From: Candidatus Onthovivens merdipullorum
GTDB lineage: Bacteria; Bacillota_I; Bacilli_A; RFN20; CAG-826
Assembly: GCA_017694345.1 (NCBI GenBank)
Contig: JADIMY010000086.1
Location: 1-43,406, forward strand
Direction: 5' to 3'
Length of the DNA stretch: 43,406 bases
In this document: positions 36,817 through 43,406 of the stretch, one piece after another
Numbering within the stretch: the stretch's first letter is position 1
How the letters are laid out: every line of letters starts with the position of its first letter
Program-made: the position numbers and the translations under genes
Notes under the pieces: model-generated
What the model saw: only the letters and a program-made list of their open reading frames with translations
Databases searched by the model: none
Told to the model about the DNA's origin: nothing

Positions 36817-38016
36817 ATGAATATTTTAGAGAGATTTAAGAAATATATCGCAATTGATACAATGAGTGATGATAATTCAAATTCAATTCCTTCAACTAAT
36901 ACTCAATTAGAATTTGGTAAAATCTTAGTTAATGATTTAAAAGAAATCGGATTAGATAATGCATATCAAGATGAATATGGGTATATTTATGGAAAAATTG
37001 ATGTTCAAAAAGAGAAAACAATTGGTTTAATTGCTCATATGGACACATCTAGTGCTTTTAAGGGTGGAGTTAAAAATACTTTATTAATAAAAAATTATGA
37101 AGGACAAGAAGTGACTTTAGAAAGTAACGATAAATTAAATATTGAGGGGTTTCCAGTTTTACATGATGTAATAGGTGATGATTTACTTTTTACCGATGGA
37201 AAGCATCTTTTAGGAGGTGACGATAAAGCCGGTATTGTCATTATTTTTGAAATTTTGCAATATTTTTTAAAACATAAAGAAGAACTAAATTACAATTTAG
37301 CTATTTGTTTTACTGTAGATGAAGAAATCGGGCGAGGACCTTTAAAATTTGAAACTAAAAAAATGGGAGCAGATGTTGCTTTTACTTTAGATGGAGAATC
37401 GATTTATGAAGCAAACATTGAAAACTTTAATGCTTCTAAAGCTGAAGTAATAATTGAAGGAATCAATGTACATCCAGGCAGTGCAAAAGATCTAATGGTT
37501 AACTCAATTTTATGTGCAATGGAATTTAATAATTTATTACCAAAAGATATGATACCTGAAAAAACTTCTGATCACGAAGGTTTTATTCATTTAGAAGAAA
37601 TTAAAGGTGATGTAAATAAAACTACTTTATCTTATATAATAAGAGATCACGATGAAAAACTTCTAGAAATGAAAAAAGAAATGTTAATAAAAGCAAAAGA
37701 CGAAATTTTAAAAAGACATCCAAAAGCAAAAATTTCTTTAAGTATCGTGGATGAATATAAAAATATGTTTAATTACTTTTTAAGTCATCGAGAAGCAATC
37801 GATTTAATTAATAAAGCTTATCTTATATCGAACAAAAAATTATCATATACACCAATTAGAGGAGGAACAGATGGAGCAACAATTACTTATATGGGACTAC
37901 CATGTCCTAATTTAGGTGTTGGTGATTTTAATCCTCATGGTAAATATGAATTTGTCTCAATTACACAAATGGGAGAAATGGTTAATATTGTCAAAAACCT
38001 TTTAAAACTGAAATAA
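36817..38016 (+). CDS. pepT: Peptidase T
   Basis: AHMDT, LGGDDKAG, DEEIG.G, ENFNA, HPG.AK and PIRGGTDG motifs. Confidence 0.94.
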   Translation: MNILERFKKYIAIDTMSDDNSNSIPSTNTQLEFGKILVNDLKEIGLDNAYQDEYGYIYGKIDVQKEKTIGLIAHMDTSSAFKGGVKNTLLIKNYEGQEVTLESNDKLNIEGFPVLHDVIGDDLLFTDGKHLLGGDDKAGIVIIFEILQYFLKHKEELNYNLAICFTVDEEIGRGPLKFETKKMGADVAFTLDGESIYEANIENFNASKAEVIIEGINVHPGSAKDLMVNSILCAMEFNNLLPKDMIPEKTSDHEGFIHLEEIKGDVNKTTLSYIIRDHDEKLLEMKKEMLIKAKDEILKRHPKAKISLSIVDEYKNMFNYFLSHREAIDLINKAYLISNKKLSYTPIRGGTDGATITYMGLPCPNLGVGDFNPHGKYEFVSITQMGEMVNIVKNLLKLK

Positions 38017-38027
38017 AATTTTTGATT

Positions 38028-38435
38028 TTATTCTTTTTCTGAATTGAAATATAAGTAATTAATTATAGATTTTCTAGTAATAATTCCAATGAAATTTTTT
38101 TGATCATCGAGTACTGGAACAAAGTTTTGGTTAATTGCTAAAGCGATAAGGCTACTCATTTCAGTATTTGAAGGAATAGGAAGATAATCCTTATGTCTAG
38201 AAACTTCCATTATTGAAATATCATCAAATTCACTAATATCTTCAAAAGGATGATTTTTTAAATAATAAAGTAAATCACCTTCACTTATTGATCCTATATA
38301 TTTTCCATCTTTACTTAAGATTGGAATAACTTGATAACGATGATATTCGATTGTTTCTAAGGCTTGTCTTATGCTCATACTATCTAGACAATATTTGATT
38401 AATTTCTTTGGTGTCAAAAAATACAAAACATTCAT
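38028..38435 (-). CDS. CBS-domain protein
   Basis: IPI....G.Y.G.ISEGD and NFVPV.DD...FIGIITR motifs. Confidence 0.88.
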   Translation of the reverse strand: MNVLYFLTPKKLIKYCLDSMSIRQALETIEYHRYQVIPILSKDGKYIGSISEGDLLYYLKNHPFEDISEFDDISIMEVSRHKDYLPIPSNTEMSSLIALAINQNFVPVLDDQKNFIGIITRKSIINYLYFNSEKE

Positions 38436-38498
38436 ATTTTTATTATAACATAGTAATAAATAGTGTAAAATGATTTAGGTTAAAAAGGTGATTGAAGT

Positions 38499-38966
38499 AT
38501 GGATAGAATAAGTTGGGACGAATATTTTATGGGTATAGCCCTACTAAGTGCAAAAAGAAGTAAAGATCCTTCTACACAAGTTGGAGCTTGTATTGTAGAT
38601 GACGAAAATAAAGTTGTCTCCATTGGTTATAATGGAATGCCTAGACATTGTGATGACAATAAATTAACTTGGGAAAAAGGTGAAGACTTAGATAATAAAT
38701 ATCTTTATGTTTGTCACGCTGAATTTAACGCTATTTTAAACACCCGTAGTGGTAGTAGTTTAAAAGGAACAAGAATTTATGTTACTTTATTTCCTTGTAA
38801 TGAATGTGCAAAAGCTATTATTCAAGTCGGGATTAAAGAAGTCATCTATCTAAGCGATAAATATGAAAATCAACTTTCAACTCGTGCTAGTAAAAAATTA
38901 TTAGATGTCGCTGGGATAAAATATCATCAATATAAAGGTAGATACACTAAAGTAGAATTAGATTAA
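38499..38966 (+). CDS. dCMP deaminase
   Basis: WDEYFM, RSKDP.TQVG, HAE.NAI and FPCNEC motifs. Confidence 0.92.
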   Translation: MDRISWDEYFMGIALLSAKRSKDPSTQVGACIVDDENKVVSIGYNGMPRHCDDNKLTWEKGEDLDNKYLYVCHAEFNAILNTRSGSSLKGTRIYVTLFPCNECAKAIIQVGIKEVIYLSDKYENQLSTRASKKLLDVAGIKYHQYKGRYTKVELD

Positions 38967-39802
38967 TGAACGAAGCATTACGACTTGAGCATATTTATTT
39001 TGGTTATGAAGAAGATTTAGACACTTTAATTGATGTTTCTTTTAGTGTCAAAAAAGGAGATTATGTTACTTTAATTGGGCATAACGGAAGTGGTAAATCG
39101 ACACTTGCTAAAATAATTTCTTTTTTATTAAATCCAAATAGCGGAAAGATATTTATTAACGAAGAAGAAATTAATTCTAATGATGAAAATAAATTAAAGA
39201 ATATTAGAAAAATTATTGGAATAGTATTTCAAAACCCTGACAATCAATTTATCGGGTCAACTGTTGAAGATGATATTGCTTTTGGTTTAGAGAATCGAAA
39301 CACTGATGTAAAAAAAATGAAAGAACTAGTCTATGAATATGCTAAAAAAGTAAATATGGACAAATTTTTAAATAAAGAGCCTAGTGAACTTAGTGGTGGA
39401 CAAAAGCAAAGAGTAGCTATTGCTGGAATTTTAGCACTTAATTTAAAAATTATTATTTTTGATGAAGCAACAAGTATGTTAGATCCTGAAGGTGTTGAAG
39501 ATATAAAAAGATTAATTTTTGAGATGAGAGAAAAAGACCCTACCTTAACATTTATCTCAATAACTCACGATATAGAAGAAGCTTATTTAAGTGATTATTG
39601 TATCGTTTTAAATAAGGGAAAAATTTTAAAAGAAGGAAAACCTTTTGAAGTATTTCAAAATGAAGAACTAATATCTTCAACTGGATTAGATATTCCTTTT
39701 GTTTTAAAAGTAAAAAATGCTTTAAAAGATAATGGCATTGAAATTAGTGAAAATATTAAAACAATTGATGAACTTGGTGAATATATATGCAAATTGAAAT
39801 AA
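38966..39802 (+). CDS. ecfA1: ECF transporter ATPase EcfA1
   Basis: GHNGSGKS, FQNPDNQF, LSGGQKQR and DEATSMLDP motifs. Confidence 0.93.
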   Translation: MNEALRLEHIYFGYEEDLDTLIDVSFSVKKGDYVTLIGHNGSGKSTLAKIISFLLNPNSGKIFINEEEINSNDENKLKNIRKIIGIVFQNPDNQFIGSTVEDDIAFGLENRNTDVKKMKELVYEYAKKVNMDKFLNKEPSELSGGQKQRVAIAGILALNLKIIIFDEATSMLDPEGVEDIKRLIFEMREKDPTLTFISITHDIEEAYLSDYCIVLNKGKILKEGKPFEVFQNEELISSTGLDIPFVLKVKNALKDNGIEISENIKTIDELGEYICKLK

Positions 39803-40686
39803 ATGATATTTATTTTACATATAATAAAAAAAGATATGATGAATTCGAAGCTTTAAAAGGTGTATCTTTAAATATTAATAAAGGAGAATTCGTCTCTTTA
39901 GTAGGAAAAACTGGTAGTGGAAAATCAACTTTGATTCAGATGCTAAATGGCTTACTTTTGCCAACTAAAGGCTATGTAAAGGTCGATGATTTTATTATTA
40001 CTTCTGATAAAAAACTTAAAAAGAATTTATTAAGAAACGCTTCTAAAGAAATAAAAGATTTAAATAAAAAAAGTTATTTATTAAGAAAAAAAGTTGGCAT
40101 TGTTTTTCAATTTCCTGAATACCAACTTTTTGAAGAAACTGTTTTAAAAGATGTAATGTTTGGTCCAATAAACTTTAAAGTTGAAGAAAATTTAGCTAAA
40201 GAGAAGGCAATTAATGCCTTACATAGTGTTGGGATTAATGATTCTTATTTTGCAAGAAGTCCCTTTGAACTTAGTGGTGGAGAAAAAAGGCGAGTTGCAA
40301 TTGCTGGAATTTTAGCTAGTGACCCTGAAATTTTAGTTCTTGATGAACCAACAGCTGGTCTAGATCCAAATGGAAAAAAAGAGATTATGAATTTAGTTAA
40401 GAACATTCATAGCCAGGGTAAGACTATTATTTTAGTAACTCACGATATGGATGTAATTATGAATTATGTCGATAAGGTTTTTGTTATGAACGATGGTAAA
40501 TTAATCGAAGAGACCAGCCCTATAGATTTATTTAATAAAGAAAATATAAATATGTGTTCTTTAGAAATTCCTACATTCTATAAATTTAAAAAAATATTAA
40601 AAAAACATGGGTTTTGCAAGGATTTAAAAGAAATTAATGACTTTTCTTCATTAATTAAATGTATTTCGGAGAGCTTAAATGAGTAA
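39787..40686 (+). CDS. ecfA2: ECF transporter ATPase EcfA2
   Basis: GKTGSGKS, FQFPEYQLFEET, SPFELSGG and DEPTAGLDP motifs. Confidence 0.93.
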   Translation: MQIEINDIYFTYNKKRYDEFEALKGVSLNINKGEFVSLVGKTGSGKSTLIQMLNGLLLPTKGYVKVDDFIITSDKKLKKNLLRNASKEIKDLNKKSYLLRKKVGIVFQFPEYQLFEETVLKDVMFGPINFKVEENLAKEKAINALHSVGINDSYFARSPFELSGGEKRRVAIAGILASDPEILVLDEPTAGLDPNGKKEIMNLVKNIHSQGKTIILVTHDMDVIMNYVDKVFVMNDGKLIEETSPIDLFNKENINMCSLEIPTFYKFKKILKKHGFCKDLKEINDFSSLIKCISESLNE

Positions 40687-41563
40687 TATTTTTGGAAAAT
40701 TTACACATTACAATACAATAATTCATAAATGTGATCCACGCATCAAAATATTTGGTTTAATTTTGATCATGGTCATCTGTTTTTTACCATATGGCAATAA
40801 CTATATGAACCAGCTTTTAATTTTGGCTGTTCTCGGTCTATTTATTTTTTTAACAATGATAATTGCTAAAATTAATTTTCTTGATTTATTTAAGTCATTA
40901 AAGATGATTTGGTTTATGGCAATATTTCTTTTAATCATTAATGTTTTTATTCCTTATGGTAACAATGAACATCCAATGATTATATTTAGTAATGGCTATA
41001 CTTTATACTGGGAAGGTTTACTTAATACCTTTATGGTTTTATTTAGACTTATTTTAATGATTGCTTTAACAATGATACTAACTTCAACGACCTCTCCAAT
41101 GGATATTACATATGGTTTTGAATGGTTTATGATGCCTTTAAAACTTATAAAATTTCCTACACAAGTAGTAGCGATGACGATGTCTTTAGCTTTAAGATTT
41201 ATTCCTACTTTATTAGAAGAAGCTAACCGCATTATGAAAGCTCAAAAAAGTAGAGGTGTTGATTATCAACATGGTTTTCTAATGAAAAAACTTAAATCTA
41301 TAACAACTTTAATTATTCCTTTACTGATAAGTTGTTTTTCTATAAGTGATGATTTAAGTTTAGCAATGGAAGCTAGAGGTTATGATCCTTATAGTAAAAG
41401 AAGTCGATATAGAATATTAAAATTTTCACATTATGATTTAATTGTCATTATTGTTTTATTATTAATTGTTTCATTTTTTATTTTTATAGCAGTTATTTCT
41501 AATCATTATGGCATCAATATTATTGAAACTCTATTTCCTTTGACTAAAGGAGTGACTTTTTAA
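40679..41563 (+). CDS. ecfT: ECF transporter T-component
   Basis: DPR.K, ALRFIP, AQ.SRG and AMEARGY motifs. Confidence 0.92.
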   Translation: MSNIFGKFTHYNTIIHKCDPRIKIFGLILIMVICFLPYGNNYMNQLLILAVLGLFIFLTMIIAKINFLDLFKSLKMIWFMAIFLLIINVFIPYGNNEHPMIIFSNGYTLYWEGLLNTFMVLFRLILMIALTMILTSTTSPMDITYGFEWFMMPLKLIKFPTQVVAMTMSLALRFIPTLLEEANRIMKAQKSRGVDYQHGFLMKKLKSITTLIIPLLISCFSISDDLSLAMEARGYDPYSKRSRYRILKFSHYDLIVIIVLLLIVSFFIFIAVISNHYGINIIETLFPLTKGVTF

Positions 41564-42285
41564 TGAATTTGAAGATGATTTTTTCTTATAAGGGTAGTAA
41601 TTATTATGGCTATGCTAAGCAACCAAATAAAATTACAATTCAAGGAATTATTGAAGAAAATTTGAATAAAATTTTTCAAGAAAAAATTACTATATTTGCT
41701 AGTGGTAGAACAGATAAATGGGTACACGCTATTAATCAAGTAGCTAATTTTCATATTAATAAAGATATAGAAACTAATAGTCTTACTTATAAATTAAATA
41801 AGTTATTACCTAATGATATTTATATTAAAAATATAGAAGTAGTCGATGAAGAGTTTAATAGTAGACTTAGTGCTAAAAGTAAAACATATTTATATTTAAT
41901 TAATTCTAAATATTCTCCTTTTTTTGAGGATTTAAGTTTAAATTACGAATTTAATAATCTTGAGTTAGTTGAAAAAGGAATGAAATTATTTTCAGGTAAA
42001 CATAATTTTAAAAATTTTACTGGTAAAAAGCTTGATGCTCTAAATTTTATTAGAGAGATTTTCTTTTTTAATCTAGAAAAGAAAGATGATTTTTATCTAT
42101 TTAAAATTAATGGTAATGGATTTATGACTTATATGGTTAGAAAGATAATTGCTACTTTAATTGAACTTGATAAAGGAAATATTTCTATAGAATTTATTAA
42201 AGATTCTTTAAATAAAGAAAATAGAGATATCGTAACTTATACCGCTTCACCTAAAGGATTGTATTTATATGATGTTTTATATTAA
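41563..42285 (+). CDS. truA: tRNA pseudouridine(38-40) synthase
   Basis: SGRTD..VHA, F...MVR and A...GL.L motifs; ecf-truA synteny. Confidence 0.92.
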   Translation: MNLKMIFSYKGSNYYGYAKQPNKITIQGIIEENLNKIFQEKITIFASGRTDKWVHAINQVANFHINKDIETNSLTYKLNKLLPNDIYIKNIEVVDEEFNSRLSAKSKTYLYLINSKYSPFFEDLSLNYEFNNLELVEKGMKLFSGKHNFKNFTGKKLDALNFIREIFFFNLEKKDDFYLFKINGNGFMTYMVRKIIATLIELDKGNISIEFIKDSLNKENRDIVTYTASPKGLYLYDVLY

Positions 42286-42324
42286 AAACCATTTAGATCT
42301 CAACTATTTTTAAGGAAATTATGT

Positions 42325-43406
42325 ATGGAAAGAAAATTTGAAACAGGTGTTTTATTACATATTTCTTCTTTACCAGGAAGATATGGAATTGGTCAAATTG
42401 GACAAAATGCTTATAATTTTATTGATTTTTTAAGTGAAGCTGGTTTTACTTATTGGGAGATTCTTCCTTTAAATCAAACAAGTTTTAGTAATTCTCCTTA
42501 TCAAACTTTATCTGCTTTTGGACTAAATCAATATTTTATTGATTATGATTTACTTGTTAAAGATGGTCTATTAAATAGTAGAGACTTTCAAGGAATTAAA
42601 TTTTTTGATGATGCTAGAAAGGCTAATTTTCAAAAAATATTTGCTAATTCTGATAAACTACTATTTAGGGCTTATAAAAGATTTAATAAAAATAACATAG
42701 ATTTTATTAAGTTTAAATCAAATAATTTTTATTTATCTTATGCAATGTATATGGCTCTAAAAAAGAAAAATGATAACAAAGCATGGTATGATTTTCGACT
42801 AGAAGAACGCTATTTTAACGAAGATTTACAAGAAGAAATATTGTCTAATAATAGTGAAATTGTTGATTATTACTTATTTTTACAATTTATCTTTAATAAG
42901 CAATGGAATGCTTTACATGAATATGCAAAAAGAAAAAATATAAAGATTATTGGCGAAATTCCCCATTTTTTAGACTTTGACAGTGCTTCAGTTTTTACAA
43001 ATAGTGAAGAATTTATGCTAAATAAGTTTAATTTAATGGATGTTGTAGCTGGTTTTCCACCTGATGAATTTACAAAATTTGGTCAAAGATGGGGAGAGCC
43101 TTTATATGATTGGAATTATATGAAATCAACTCACTATAAATGGTGGAAAAAAAGAATTCATCAAGCTTTAGATTTATTTGATTATGTTAAAATAAATCAT
43201 TTTTCAGGCTTTTATAAAGTTTATGGAATTCCTTTTAAAGAAAAATCAAATAAAGAAGGCAAATTTTATTTTGGACCAGGACTTGAACTTTTTAAAGAAT
43301 TTAAAGATGCTCCAATATTAGCTAGTGATCTAGGAGTTTATGATAAAGATGTAGAAAAATTTGTAAAAAGTACAGGGTATACTACATTAAAAACAACTTT
43401 ATTATC
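42325..43406 (+). CDS. malQ: GH77 4-alpha-glucanotransferase homolog (partial, catalytic residues substituted)
   Basis: GVLLHISSLP..YGIG, W.ILP, SPY and G.PPD.F...GQ.WG.PLYDW motifs; frame is open to the window end. Confidence 0.85.
   Translation, partial: MERKFETGVLLHISSLPGRYGIGQIGQNAYNFIDFLSEAGFTYWEILPLNQTSFSNSPYQTLSAFGLNQYFIDYDLLVKDGLLNSRDFQGIKFFDDARKANFQKIFANSDKLLFRAYKRFNKNNIDFIKFKSNNFYLSYAMYMALKKKNDNKAWYDFRLEERYFNEDLQEEILSNNSEIVDYYLFLQFIFNKQWNALHEYAKRKNIKIIGEIPHFLDFDSASVFTNSEEFMLNKFNLMDVVAGFPPDEFTKFGQRWGEPLYDWNYMKSTHYKWWKKRIHQALDLFDYVKINHFSGFYKVYGIPFKEKSNKEGKFYFGPGLELFKEFKDAPILASDLGVYDKDVEKFVKSTGYTTLKTTLL

Noticed and set aside
38499-38966. dCMP deaminase (ComEB family) as evidence of competence
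   Set aside because: Sits in a housekeeping operon without comEA/comEC; the enzyme is metabolic

Overview
AT-rich (roughly 25% GC by eye) chromosomal window using the standard bacterial code for stops (TGA is used as a stop). It has Bacilli-type gene orders (trmB-M42-ytpR, ezrA-iscS-thiI, ecfA-ecfA'-ecfT-truA), so it is most likely a reduced-genome, uncultured gut Bacilli/Mollicutes-like lineage (RFN20/RF39-like; inference). Most of it is housekeeping: galT, coaX-panT, four peptidases, acpP, pyrG, trxB, a trimeric [FeFe]-hydrogenase hydCBA, thrS with a T-box, copA, smpB, an ECF module, truA and five tRNAs. The best candidate for an undescribed system is a compact seven-gene Tad-like pilus operon (7308-11779). 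Its pilin-like proteins lack the canonical prepilin Glu+5 motif, and it shares an 11-bp upstream box (TACCACTTGTA) with an unlinked orphan gene. Other notable items are a MalQ/GH77 homolog with both catalytic carboxylates replaced, a hint of CGG read as Trp, a prophage/att scar at tRNA-Arg, a probable IS66 end, a pan-motif leader, an anchor-less EzrA and an unannotated small membrane protein ending in CTGDSC. All family calls come from motif recognition by eye; no searches were run.
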